64,000 bases of DNA from Leucoraja erinacea (lineage: Eukaryota): positions 16,926,001-16,990,000 of the forward strand of contig NC_073386.1 of the NCBI RefSeq assembly GCF_028641065.1. The letters are read 5' to 3'. The translations under genes and the position numbers were made by a program. The first letter of the stretch is position 1. Each line of letters begins with the position of its first letter. The notes beneath the pieces are model-generated. The model saw only the letters and a list, made by a program, of their open reading frames with translations, had not been told where the DNA came from and did not search any database. Shown one piece after another: positions 11,601-24,900 of the stretch.

Positions 11601-14538
11601 TATAATTTGCAATTAACTTCACGAGTGGCAGTTTTGATTACGATATTGCAAGCAGCGGAAAAGCGATGACTTACTGTTTATGAAAGCAGATGCCTTTAAA
11701 ATGTTTTTTTTTAATAATCTTTATTCAGAAAAAATGTGTGTATAAATTAAAAATTGTGTAAAATCACTCCATTAATTCTCTATACTTTCAATAGTGTCAT
11801 ACTTAGTAGTATTTGCACATTCCTTTAAACAATAATCCCTTACCACTCATGAAGCCTCTTGGTGTGAAATCCCTTCCCTCATTTGATCAATCCCCAACGG
11901 CCAGCAGCGGACTGTGGTGCTATCCCTCCACCTCTGAAACATGGTGTGGGAATGCAGACGTTCATGTGAAGTCGTACCTTCCACATCTCTTTCAGAACCT
12001 GCTAAGCACTTCTCCTCCAGTGAAATGACACTAAAATGCACTCGCTGTCAAGATGAAGGGAAGATAGACACAAAACTCGCTGAGTTACTCCAGGATTTTG
12101 TATCTTTCTTCCCTTCATCTTGACAGCGAGTGCATTTTAGTGTCTTCGGTGTAAACCAGCAACTGCAGTTTCTTCCTACATAAGATGAAGAAAATCATGC
12201 TTCTCGCAGAATATTTTACCAATTCATGGAATGTAGGCAATGCAGGCAAATGTACCATTTATTGTTCATATTTAATAGTCCAGTCCAAAGGGGCCAGTTA
12301 AGGCTAGATGCTGAGAAACAATGAAGATAATTAGTCCTCAGTCATCACCCATGAACTGTTGAACATCTGCAAAGCTTGCATTCTTCTCAGGCACACTAAC
12401 TATGATTTCAACTTAATTTAAGGTTCTGGTTCAATTATCTGTGGATTGATCTGCAGGGCACAGCAAGCATGTTTTCTTCCACAGACGATTTGGCCAATAC
12501 TGTGGAACAATTACAGTAATCAAATGTCGACATCACATCTCTGTTTTTCAATATCATTATTGATTATGTTGGAAAATGGAGAGGAATAAAATTGAGGTAG
12601 GAAGGTGGAGACAGTAGTTGGGAGATGGAAGGGGGAATGAGGTGCAGTGTGGAACACCTGGGAAGGTTGGAGTTCAGAGGTTCTGGGGATGTTTAGTTTA
12701 GTTTAAAGATTCAGCACGGAAACAGGCCCACTGGCCCACCAGTACACTAGTACTATCCTGCACACCAGGGACAATTTACAGAAGTCCATGAATATATAAT
12801 CCTACACGTCTTTGGAGTGTGGGAGGAAATCGGGGCACACGGAGAAAAACCCATGCGGTCACAGGTAGAATGTACAAACTCCATACAGACATCACCCATA
12901 GTCACGATAAAACCCAGGTCTCTGGCCCTGCAGGGCAGCAACTCTACCGTTATGCCACCTTGTGAGAACATTTAACTTTAGTCCCCTGGGGCATGAATAT
13001 GCCCCTCACCATTCAATGACCAAATATGCATACACATTTTCGGTGATGTCTAGATTATTGAAACATATAAAATTATTAAGGGTGTGGACACGCTAGGGGC
13101 AGGAAACCTATTCCCGATGTTGGGGTAGTCCAGAACCAAGGCCCACAGTTTAAGAATAAGGGGTAAGCCATTTGGAACGGAGATGAGGAAACACTTTTTC
13201 ACACAGAGAGTTGTGAGTATTGTGGAATTCTCTGCCTCAGAGGGTGGTGGAAGCGATTCTCTGGATACTTTCAAGAGAGAGCTAGATAGGGCTCTTAAAG
13301 ATAGTGGGGAGAAGGATGTGGGGAGAAGGAAGGAACGGGGTACTGATTGGGGATGATCAGCCATGATCACATTGACTGGCGGTGCTGGCTCGAAGGGCCG
13401 AATGGCCTACTCCTGCACCTATTGTCCATTAATCCTAGTATTCACCAATGATAACTTGCACTGCTGAGTTCCACATGGAATTCAGCTGCCCTTTGGATAA
13501 CCTTGGTCTGTCTATGCTGGGAGCACTTGTAAGCACTAACCATAATCATATCCATAGGACAACCTGAACTTCAAAACCAGATTGTGTATTTAATTTCTAA
13601 ATCAAATAGAAGTTAAATACTGGAGGTCAGATCAAAAACTACCACCGAGCGTTTGGCAAATCTGCTCCATAAAAGAAATCTATAACTTTCAACTCAAATT
13701 GATTGTGAACAGTGTAGTCGGCATTCAACTGCATTCATTTTGCCTGGTTGCTGCTTTCGTTGCAACACATTCTTTGAACATATTTCATAACATTATATTT
13801 CTTACCACATACCCATTTTCCAAACATGTATTATGTAAATATTTAACATGCGAGATAAATATCCCTTAAAACAACTTTTATTTTTGCCTCAGTGAAACCA
13901 AATATACAAAGTGAGTGTTCCTTCCAGGCTTACGTCTGTTTTGGCTTGAATAAATAACAAATCAAACCCATGTCGGAGAGGAATTGACATCTGCACTAAG
14001 GCAATCGAGCTGGTAAGACGTTTTACTGTTCAGTTATTCTTTTTTTTAAATTCAATGTCATTTACTTTTAAAAAAACGTTATGATTACCTCTCCGCATTC
14101 CTATTCCTGTATTTGGAAAAATGTTACAATTGATTAAAAAGAAACAAAGAGAGAAATTGGACGGAAAGAGAAATCTTTCTGAACATGGAAAATAAATAAA
14201 ACATCTGCAGAAGCTGGAATTGAAAACCTTCATAGATAGGCCTCAGGGAATTTATCTACATTCATGTGGTTTCAAATCGCCAGGACGTGCTCTTTAGAAT
14301 GTGGATATTGAAGTGCAAACCGAAATAGTTGGGGACACTCGGCTGTTCAGCATCTGTGGCAAGGGCAATGGGATTAACGTTTCAGGTCTGCAGAAGACCT
14401 TGGCAGAGTGAGGAAATGGTGGGGGGGCGGTAGGGCAGAGATAAAATTGAACACAGGGAGCAGTCAGAGATTGGGTATACTTGTACGAATAAAGGAACGT
14501 GAAGAGATATCGCTTTAGCAAAACTGGGAGAATTCATA

Positions 14539-15634
14539 TCTACTCAAATGTAAGTGTCCTTAGTGTTTCTAAAACACTTGCAGAATGTGTCTTTTTTGGT
14601 TCTAAAATGCTTGGCCCCTGTTTTTTAGGTTCTCCTCCCCTTCCCCCCCCCCCCCCCCCCCCCCCCCCTCCCCCCCCCCCCCCCCCCCCTTCCTCTCCCT
14701 CCCTGCCCACCTCTTCTTGCCCCCCTCTTCTTCCCCCCCCCTGCCACCTTCTTCCCCCTCTCCTTTTCTTCCCCCGGGGAGAGGGAGTGTGTGGCCCGGG
14801 GCCGGGAGAGGGAGTGTTTTCTCTTCAGTCCGAGGGAGTTCCCCCCTGTCCCCTCCTGAAATTTCATTTCCCCTCCCCTCTCCTTGCTTCCCCCCTCTCC
14901 TCTGCCCCCCCCCCTCTCCTCTGATTTTACAAAATTCCCCATTCCTCTCCCCCCTCCTCTGGTCCTACCCCCCCCCCCTCCTCTCCCCCCCCCTCCTCTC
15001 CCCCCCTCTCCTCTCCCCCCCTCTCCCCCCCCCTCCTCTCCCCCCCCCTCCTCTCCTCCCCCCCTCCCTCCCTCCCTCCCTCCCTCCTCTCCCCCTCCCC
15101 TCTCCTCCCCCTTTCTCTCCACCCCCCCTCCTCCCCCCCTCCACCCCCCTCTCCTCCTCCCCCTCCCTCCCTCTCCCTCCTCCCTCAGCCCCCCTCTCTC
15201 CCCCCCTCCACCCCCCTCCTCTCCCCCCTCTCTCCTCCCTCTCCCCCCCTCCCCCCCCCTCCCCTCCTCCCCTCACCCCGTCCCCTAAACCCTCTCCCCC
15301 CTCTCCTCTCCTTCTCCCCCCCTCCCTCTCTCTCCCCTCTTTTTCTCTCCCCCCCCTCTCCCCCCATCCCCTCCCCCACCTCCTCCCTCTCTACCCCTCC
15401 CCCCTTTTTCTCACCCCCCCTCCCCTCCATTCCCTCACCCACCATTCCCTCCCCTAATCCTCTCCCTCTCCCCTCCACACCACCCCTACCCTACCCCCCT
15501 TTCCCTCCACCCTCCCTCCCCCTCCCTTCTCACTCCCACCCTCTCTCTCTCCTCCCCCCACCTTCCCCCCCCCTCTCCCCCCCCCCCCTCTCTCCCCCTC
15601 CCCCCCTCCCCCTCCCTCTCCCCCTCCCCCCCCG

Positions 15635-15667
<33 letters not shown>

Positions 15668-15885
15668 TAGATTGGGGGCTATGCGTCAGTAGATAGGGTG
15701 GTTATGGGGTAAAAGGAGCAAATTAATAATATTAATATAATATCAAGGGGGTAATTAGCGTGAGTGCGGGGGGAGGGGGGGATAGTCAGTGTGTGTGACA
15801 CTGCGTGCCGCCTACCCCCCCCCCCCCCTCCCCCCCACAACCTCACGTTGGGGGAACAGACCCAACGGGTCTGCACTTGGTCTAG
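14539..15885 (+). mobile_element. Non-autonomous Helitron-like element carrying ~1 kb of C-rich low-complexity sequence
   Basis: 5' TC after A; 3' hairpin CAGACCC-AAC-GGGTCTG then CTAG followed by T. Confidence 0.65.
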
Positions 15886-15949
15886 TATGATTATATACAT
15901 TTATATCACATTCATGTATGTGTGTGTTTATAAACGTTTTATTATTTAA

Positions 15950-16376
15950 CAAGAATTAACAGAATTATGAACTAACAGAATTATGAATCTAACCCTATAT
16001 CACACACAAAAACTTCCCCCGCAATGTCAATTACCCTGCGAGTCGGGTCGGTTCCGGTTACTACAAAATCAACTCAAACACTGCTTGTGAGCCATTTAAA
16101 AAGAAATGATTTAAAAAACATTAAAAAAGACAATTACCAGAATCAAATTTTATTCTTGACAAGAAGTATGAACTGACAGAATGATGAATCTAACCCTATA
16201 TCACACACACAAACTGTTGCCCTGCAACATTGATTACACTGCGAGTCGGGTCGGGTCGGGTCAGGTCAGGTTGGCTCCGGTAACTAAAATGGGCGGGATC
16301 CCCTCCGTAGCGTACTACACGTCAGCCCATTGTATTTCGCAGGAGTAACCCATCTTGCTCTGCTCTAAGATCTTTG
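15950..16376 (-). repeat. Unclassified interspersed element ending in CAAAGATCTTA with (GTCGG)n, partly duplicated internally
   Basis: Two copies of ATGAATCTAACCCTATATCACACACA...CTGCGAGTCGGGTCGG; terminal TAAGATCTTTG. Confidence 0.5.
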
Positions 16377-16409
16377 GTCTGAAGAAGGGTTTCGGCCCGA
16401 AACGTCGCC
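16376..16409 (+). ncRNA. Putative minimal hammerhead ribozyme (best copy) in a Penelope-end repeat (16376-16472)
   Basis: GGT-CTGAAGA-A-GGGT(TTCG)GCCC-GAAA-CGTC-GCC: stem I GGT/GCC, UUCG-capped stem II, GUC cleavage triplet. Confidence 0.65.
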
Positions 16410-16889
16410 TATTTCCTTCGCTCCATAGATGCTGCTGCACCCGCTGAGTTTCTCCAGCATTTTTGTGTACCTAAGGAACGTAAAGAGGTGAGAGACAACG
16501 GGGGGAATGCGCGTTTTTTTTTCCTGTAACTTAATTTAAACTCCTCTTACCTAGTTCTGAACAAGTATTCCATCTTTGACTATAACTCCGATGCTGTCTC
16601 TTGATCTTTGCTTGTAACTCGCCAACTAGTGGTTATCAACTTTTGTTTCTCTCATTTTGTTATACGTGTGCGGGTAGTTTGGTGACTGCAAGAGCAAGTT
16701 ACAGTGAGTTGTGAAATAGGTAATGGTTCTTTGGGAACGGGACCTGGCGTGTGGTCAATGTGGGAGTTGGGAGCGGGGTGTGCGGATTACAGAACAGCAA
16801 CTGAGATGATGCAGCATAATTCTTAATTTTTTTTGTGTTCGTGGTCCCTGTCCATGTCTTGTGGCTTTCTTTTAAAACAGTCCCCAATC

Positions 16890-18930
16890 AGTCCGTCCTC
16901 CTATCTTTAAACATGTAAATGCATTCTCTTTCCGATCTCCCTTTCTGAATCGGGAAGATCAAGAAGGGGACATGAAATGAGTTACTCATGTAGTTTTGGC
17001 AGTTAAGGTAAAGGAGAATCCTGAGAGATTCTATGAACATATTAAGGGCAACATGGTAACCAGGGAGATAATAAGGTCCCTTTAGGGTCAGTCCATATGT
17101 GGATGTACAGGAGATGGGCGAGGTCTTAAATAAATATTTCTCATCTGTATTTACCATAGAGAAGGACATGTAAATTAGGGAATTGAGGGAAGAGAATAAT
17201 GATGTCTTGTGACATATCCATATTCAAAAGTGGAAGTGCTGGTGGGATTTTTTTTGAGTTAATTAAATCACATAAAGAGGCCTATCTATGAAGGTGGATA
17301 CATCCCCGGGACGTAATTTATCCTCGGACATTGTGAGAACAAAGGGAAGAAATTGCGGGGATCCTGGTAGAGATATTTATATAATAGTTAGTCACGCATG
17401 AGGTACTGGTAGACTGGATTAATGTTGTGCCATTATTTAAAAAGGCCTGTAAGGACAAGTCACAGGAGCTATAAGATAGACGCAAAATGTTGGAGTAATT
17501 CAGCAAGGCAGACAGCATCTCTGGAGAAAAGGAATAGGTGATGTTTTGGGTCAGAACCCTTCTTCAGTCTCTTTTTAGAGTAGGTAAAGGGAGTTGAAAA
17601 GTTAAGACAGTTGGTGTCTCGCCGGCAAATAAAAAATGAAAAGGTCTTGAGAGGATAGAAGGCCGTCTGGGAGACTCTAAGAGGAGGAGGACTGTTGGAG
17701 ACGGGAAAAGGGGCCATCACTGAGTGGTGAGGACTCCTTCCCATAGAAAAAGGCACGGAGGCAGATCCAACGGAAATTATAGGAACTATAGGCGGGTGAG
17801 CCCAACTTGAGCAGGGCGAAAGTTACTTGAGGGTATTCTGAGACAAAAGATCTTGCACATGTGGAAAAGGCAAGGTCTAAAGGGATATTCAGCATGTCTT
17901 CATGCATGGGAAATCATGTCTCATCAATTCAATTATGTTTTTTGAAAATATGAGGAAGAGGATTTGGAATATTGTGAGCAAATTTGGGTCCCATATCCCA
18001 GGAACAATGTGCCGGCTCTGGAGAGGGTCCAGAGGAGGTTTACAAAAATGATTCCGGGAATTAGTGGGTTTCCATATGATGAGCATTTTACAGTACTGGG
18101 CCTCTACTGAGTTAAGTTTAGGTTGAGAGGAGACCTCATTGAAACTTACAGAATATTGAAAACCATTGATAGAGAGGATGTGGAAAGTGGATGTGGATGT
18201 GGGAGTCCTAGCCTCAGAATTAAAGGACACTCCTTTAGAAAGGAGGTGAGGAGGAAGTTCTTTTGTCAGAGCAGAGTAGTTAATCTGTGGAACTCATTGC
18301 CACAGAGGGCTTTGGAGGCCATGTCAGTGGATATTTTTAGGCAGAGATAGACAAATTCTTGATTAGAACGGGTGTCAAGGGTTATGGGGAGAAGGTAGGA
18401 AAATGGGATTAGGAGGCAGAGATCAGCCATGGTTGAATGGCGGAGTAGACTCGATGGGCCGAATGGCCTAATTCTACTATAACGTGAATTTGTGAAGAAT
18501 GATTAGTCCAGATTATGTACTTGGACTTTAGCATGGCCTTTGACAAAGTCCCAATTAGTAAATGGGCTCAGAGGTTAGATCACATAGGATCCAAGGTGTG
18601 CTAACCAACTGGAGGCAAAATTGGTTTGGGTGAAAAAGCCAGAGGGTGGTAGTGGATATTTTATTTCCAAAGGGAGGCCTGTGAACAGCAGTGTGCAAAA
18701 TATATGGGGGCTGAGTTCACTGTTGGTCTTTATCTTTATTAAACCTTTGGATGAGAATGTAGTGGTCATGATTAGTAAGTTGCCGATGAGACTAAAATTG
18801 GTGCTGTAGTGGACAATGAAGAAGGTTATCTAAGATCACCACAGGAGTTGGATCAACTGGGAATATGAGCCAGGGATTGGCAGATGGAATTAGGTCAGAC
18901 AAGTGCAATGTGTTGTATTTTTGGTACAGG
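16890..18930 (+). mobile_element. Old, decayed CR1 with nested younger insertions
   Basis: Degenerate LNKYFSSVFT, NYR, HGKSCL and DF..AFDKV remnants; younger CR1 piece at ~17970-18495. Confidence 0.7.
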
Positions 18931-19737
18931 TAGTTCTGCTACTAACACAATAGTTAATCTTGTGATTTAGAAAATTGTGTTATAAAGACGATGGAGTTAG
19001 GGGCTAGAATGTTTCAGACTCGCAAAGTCTTTTCAATAGCAATAAGTTTATTTTTGTTATTGCAAGCTAAAAATACTAAAGTCTGTATGTTACATTATTT
19101 AATGGATTATCAAGTGTCAAAGAAGCATTTGCTTGTCAATTTCAATAGCCACGCAGGGTTAAAGTAACAGTTGTGTTCTTAAAAGACAATAATGCCTAAT
19201 TACTGCTAGAAAGTTACATGGAAACAGTATTTTCCCCCTATACTGTTAAAATCCAATACAACAATTTTCTGCTTGTCAATTTCCAAAGTAACTTCTAAGT
19301 AATCTAGTTCCTGATGGAAAGTCAGTTTTGTGTCTACATTATCTCTTATGCCCTGCCTTTTTTTTAACCTTTTTTTAAAACAAAGTTACCTATTTTTATG
19401 ATGTCTCCTTTTTCTATATGGTTAAAAATAAAACAGATGTTATGCTGTATTTGGGTAATTTAATTCTGACCAACATTCAAGTTCCAAAAGGCTTCCAATT
19501 TAGTTAAATAAACTTTAATGTTATTTACTGCTGTTCATTGTCAGATATCTTGCTCAGTAAACAAAATATTGTTTTGTCAAAGTACACTTGAGATAATGTT
19601 ATTGGCTTGTTTAGACACTTGGAACAGTTGCTAGGATCTACTGTCTAATTCAATTTTCTGATGAATCCCAGCAGCTGCATCACTTTGGCTACAGCAGGAA
19701 TTGCATTGAATAGAACTACCCCACTAAATGTTGAAAT

Positions 19738-20209
19738 ATGTCATCAAAAGCAGTGGAAAACATCGCAAACTTCAGGCAACTCTGCTTGGGCACAGCCAAG
19801 ATCTACCGCTGTTCCTTCCCAGAAAGGGCGACAGAGAAAGATGTGAAATACCTGAAGGAAACTCTGGGAATCAAACTGATCATTGACTTTCGTGAACCCA
19901 ATGAAGAGGGTGACGCACCATGTCTTAGAGACACCTACAAAAGAGTTGTTGTCCGCGAAGTGGAACTTGAAAACATGAAAGCAAATGGCACCACAGGGCA
20001 GTTTCTGATAAAGGACATGCCTCATGTGCACTTAGCCCTTGGTTTTGTTTCCAAGAAGTATTTTCGTCTTTTGACAGATGATCATAAGAAAGACCTGGTA
20101 GAGAGTTGTTCTCAGACCCCGAAGAATATCATGCAAAATATAGCGAAACGGGGTTTAAAGCAGATGTACAAGGATTTCATTGACACCTCACAGACCTTCA
20201 TCTATACAA
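19738..20209 (+). CDS. PtpB/LipA-like (Y_phosphatase3) tyrosine/lipid phosphatase, coding exon 1
   Basis: NFRQL, IYRCS and LGIKLIIDFR match the family motifs NFRDLG, LYRS and LGIKTVIDLR. Donor A|GTAAGA, phase 1. Confidence 0.88.
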
Positions 20210-20285
20210 GTAAGAGTCAGGCACAAATGTAAAAATAAGACCAGGAGTACTCCATTTAGTCCTTTGAACCTGCTTTTATTCAATA

Positions 20286-21325
20286 CTAGACCAAGGGGGA
20301 ACCATTGGGTCCCGTCCCCTAAACCCTAAACGCGCGGTNNNNNNNNNNNNNNNNNNNNNNNNNNNNNNNNNNNNNNNNNNNNNNNNNNNNNNNNNNNNNN
20401 NNNNNNNNNNNNNNNNNNNNNNNNNNNNNNNNNNNNNNNNNNNNNNNNNNNNNNNNNNNNNNNNNNNNNNNNNNNNNNNNNNNNNNNNNNNNNNNNNNNN
20501 NNNNNNNATATTATTCATTCCCTCCTTTTACCCCATCCCCGCCTTATCCACTCACACATAGCTCCCAACTCACAGGTGCATTTATAGAGGTAGAGAGAGA
20601 GGACAGAGAAAGAGGGGGCAGAGAGAGAGAGAGGGGGCAGAGACAGAGAGAGAGAGAGAGGGGGACAGAGAGAGAGATAGANNNNNNNNNNNNNNNNNNN
20701 NNNNNNNNNNNNNNNNNNNNNNNNNNNNNNNNNNNNNNNNNNNNNNNNNNNNNNNNNNNNNNNNNNNNNNNNNNNNNNNNNNNNNNNNNNNNNNNNNNNN
20801 NNNNNNNNNNNNNNNNNNNNNNNNNNNNNNNNNNNNNNNNNNNNNNNNNNNNNNNNNNNNNNNNNNNNNNNNNNNNNNNNNNNNNNNNNNNNNNNNNNNN
20901 NNNNNNNNNNNNNNNNNAGAGGAGGGAGGGGGGAGAGGGGGGGGTGGAAGAGAGAGAGGGGGGGGGGGGGGGTGGGAGAGAGGCTGGGGGGAGAGAGAGC
21001 CCGGGGGGGAGAGAGAGGATGTGACCTAGGAGCCGAGAAAAAGCGAATCCTGCACGTCTTTTGAATAATGTGGCGAGAGGAGAGGGGGCGGGGGGGTGAC
21101 ATCACTCACAGCGGGACCAAGACGGTAGCAAGCAGATCCATTGTGACCTCATCAGTGAAAGAGCCGGTTTATTTTCAAAGTTATTTCAGATTTGTGAACA
21201 TTTTCATAAATAACTCGAGAAATAAGGCTCGAAATTTTCAGGTAAGACGATTTCAGACTCCAAGGGATAAATCTCTATCGGAATATGCGGAGATTTTACT
21301 GTTAGCGCGTTGTTTTTTCTAAGTT
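20286..21325 (-). mobile_element. Helitron-like element in phosphatase intron 1 (spans two N gaps)
   Basis: Minus-strand 3' end GGGACCCAATGGTTCCC-CCTTGGT-CTAG-T; GA-rich interior. 5' end uncertain. Confidence 0.55.
20339..20917. other. Assembly gaps 20339-20507 and 20682-20917 (a third at 59042-59210)
   Basis: Runs of N. Confidence 1.
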
Positions 21326-22060
21326 TGCAGCTGACACAAAGCTGGGTGGCAGTGTGAGCTGTGAGGAGGATGCAATGAGGCTTCAGGGTGAATGAATGAA
21401 TGAATTAATGAATAAGTTTATTGGCCAAGTAACATACAAGGAATTTGCCTTGGTGCTCCACCCGCAGGCGACAACGACATACAGTGACAGTTAGGAATGA
21501 CACATAAAATATTAAACATTAAAAATAAAACATTATTGATTAAACATGTGATTTAAGTAAAATACCAGAGCAAAAGTAGGATACAGATTTTTGGTTATTG
21601 AGTAGAGTTACCACTCATGGTAAAAAGCGTTTTTTATGTCTGGCTGCAGCATCTTTCACAGTCCTCATTGACTTAAATAGTGACAACATTTATTTTGCAG
21701 TACCACGTAATCTAAAAGAAAAGGTAATTGATTCCACAGTGTGAGACAAAAATGTTTATTCGTTCCCGGCCATCAGTCATGCTTAATGCTCACATGGACC
21801 TCCTCCCATTTTACTACATCCACTTTAAGAACATAAGGACATTTGAGCAGGACTAGGCCACTCAGCCCTCCAAGTCTGCCCCACCATTCAGTATAATTTT
21901 CCTCTTTCAGTACCATTTATTTACCTCGTACTTTACAAATTTCCTTTCAGTACTTTTAATATTTCATTGGTATTATAGACAGATAAATTGTTTATTAATG
22001 AAAGTAGAATAAAGTTAATAAATGTCCTTACTTTGAAAAAAAAAATGTTATTGCTTCAAG

Positions 22061-22209
22061 TGCTGAAGTTGCTGAGTGATCCGAACAATGTCCCTGCTCT
22101 GATCCATTGCACGGCTGGGAAAGATCGGACTGGGATCGCCTCTGCCCTGATTCAGTCCTGCATGGGCTTTTCAAAGGAGTGTGTTATCGATGACTATGAA
22201 GCCACCACA
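22061..22209 (+). CDS. PtpB/LipA-like phosphatase coding exon 2 (catalytic P-loop HCTAGKDRTG)
   Basis: Acceptor CAAG|TG completes codon ATG in phase 1. Encodes PALIHCTAGKDRTGIASALIQSCMGFSKECVIDDYEATT. Donor GTAAGC, phase 0. Confidence 0.92.
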
Positions 22210-23016
22210 GTAAGCAGCATTGCCATCTCTGGGCGGGGTTCATTAGCTAAGTTGTTCCTTTCTCCCGTTGGCACTTTCATTGGAAGATACAACTTTCCTT
22301 TTAAACAATTTGCACTTTAGTTTTGTTTAGAGGTACAACGTGGTAACGGGCCCTGCGGCCCACTGACTCCACACTGACCTTCGATAACTCGTTCACACTA
22401 GTTCCATGTTATCCCACTTTCCCATTCACTCCCTACACGGTAGGAGCAATTAAAAAAAAAAATCAAATTAACCTATAAACCTGCACCTCTTTGGAATGTG
22501 GGTGGAAACCAGAGCAGCTGATGGAAACCCACTTGGTCACAGGGAGAACGTGCAAACTCCACACAGACAGCACCCTAGGTCAGGATCGTATAGGGGTCTC
22601 TCAGGATCATATACGGGTCTCTGGTGCTGTGAGGCAGCAGCTTTACCAGCTGCCCCACTGTGTCACCCTATATAGCCACCATGCCTGCCACTTATAGCTT
22701 CAATATAGCTGTTTCACAGGGTTGTATGAAAGCAGAATTCGATGCTGAGTTAAGGGGATATTTGGATGACCAAAAACTTGATCAATGCTTCTTGAAGAAG
22801 GAAATGGAAAATCAGAGGCTTGGGAAAGGAATTTTAGAGCTTAGAATTGAAGAGAGGCTCACCAGAGTCCATGCCATTAACACTAAATCCTACATGAATC
22901 CTATTCTTATTCGCCCAAATTCTCAAAAATGTATCTGTACAATGTGGATGGCTTGATTGCAATCATGTATAGTCTTTCCGCTGACTGGTTAGCATGCCAC
23001 AAAAGCCCATCACTGT

Positions 23017-24130
23017 TCACTGCAGAGAATTCCACAGATTCACAACTCTCTGGGCGAAGAAGTTTTTCCTCGTCTCAGTCCTAAATGGCCTACCCCTTAT
23101 ACTTAAACTGTGACCCCTGGTTCTGGACTCCCCCAACATTGGGAACATTTTTCCTGCATCAAGCCTGTCCAATCCTTTAAGAATTTCTATAAGATCCCCT
23201 CTCACCCTTCTAAATTCCAGTGAATACAAGCCCAGTCGACCCATTCTTTCATCATTATGTCAGTCCCGCCATCCTGGGAATTAACCTTGTGAACCTGCGC
23301 AGCACTCCCTTAATAGAAATATGTCCTTCCTCAAATTATGAGACCAAAATTGCACACAATACTCCAGGTGCGGTCTCACCAGGGCCCTGTACAACTGCAG
23401 TAGGACCTCCATGCTCCTAAACTCAAATCCTCTCGCAATGAAGGGCTAACATGCCATTAGCTTTCTTCGCTGCCTGCTGTACCTGAATGCTTATTTTCAG
23501 TGATTGATATACAAGCACACCCAGGTCTCATTGCACCTCCCCTTTTCCTAATCTGACACCACTCAGATAATAATCTGCCTTCCTGTTCTTGCCACCAAAG
23601 TGAAAAACCTCACATTTATCCACATTATACTACATCTGCCATGCATCTGCCCACTCACGCAACCTATCCAAGTTACCTTGCAGCCTCATAGCATCCTCCT
23701 TGCAGCTCACACTGCTACCCAGCTTCATGTCATCCGCAAACTTGGAGATGTCATATTTAATTCCCTCGTCTAAATCATTAATATATATTGTAAATAACTG
23801 GGGTCCCAGCACTGAGCCTTGCGGCACCCCACTAGTCACTGCCTGCCATTCTGAAAAGGACCGTTAATTTATACTCTTTGTTTCCTATCTGCCAACCAGT
23901 TCTCCATCCATGTCAATACCCTACACCCCAATACCATGTGCTCTAATTTTGCACACTAATCTCTGGTGTGGGACCTTATCATAGGCTTTTTTGAAAGTCC
24001 AGATACACCGCATCCACTGGCTCTTCCTTATCCATTCTACTTGTTACATCCTCAAAAATTTCCAGAAGATTAGTCAAGCATGATTTCCCCGTCATAAATC
24101 CATGCTGACTTTGACTGACCCTGTCCCTGC
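23017..24130 (-). mobile_element. CR1 fragment in phosphatase intron 2
   Basis: [20 protein letters not shown] and FADD fragments on the minus strand. Confidence 0.9.
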
Positions 24131-24775
24131 TTTCCACTAATGCTGCCCGACCGCCATCTATTTTCATATGAGATTTTCAATATTAAGGTGCTGTTGCACT
24201 GAGAACTGCCAGCAAGCTGAGGGTGATGGCTGATTGAAACTTCTTGTAACTTAGAGAACATGGAGCAGAATTCTTTCCCAAGAAAGCACCTTGCCTTTGA
24301 ATGCCATATGCTTTTCAGAAGCTTTTGTTCTGCAATTGTCCTTAGGACACTAAGAAGCAAACATTTCTCCTTTAAAATAACTCCTCGTCTTCATACTATA
24401 AACCTGCTACAAATGACTTTCAAGTTTGATTTTGTGAGTTTACTTCCAATAGGTTTTTGAGGGTCTATTATTGTAAGTGATATATAACTCCAAACTTCCG
24501 CCCACTAAAATTCTCATAGTTGATCTCCTCAAAGACTTCCAAGGAATGCTGTTGCCTCTTTTGTCCTTTCTGACCATGCCGGGAAAACTTAAGTCCATAA
24601 ACTGTAAACAGAGCGAGCCATCACTCTGAGTTTTGCATGCAGGCATTAAAATGGAAATGGTGGAAACACGCTGCAGATCAAGCAGCATCTGTGGAGACAG
24701 AGTTAACTTTTCATTTGGAAGACCAAGGTGAACAAATTGTTGAATGAACATTTTTTATTTTCATTTTCTCTCCAG

Positions 24776-24900
24776 GAAGGCATAAAGCCCATTTATGATG
24801 AAATCCGCAAACATTACAATGGAGTACAGGGAATGGCTGAAGAGTTTTTGACCAGTGAACGAGAAACAATGGCATCAACTCTGGCCTACATTGATGAAAT
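24776..24900 (+). CDS. PtpB/LipA-like phosphatase coding exon 3
   Basis: Strong acceptor TTTTCTCTCCAG, open EGIKPIYDEIRKHYNGVQGMAEEFLTSERETMASTLAYIDE, donor GTAAGT, phase 2. Confidence 0.85.

Noticed and set aside
14499-15478. Long Pro-rich and Gly-rich ORFs
   Set aside because: Translations of C/G low-complexity sequence inside a Helitron-like element; probably also of low sequence quality.
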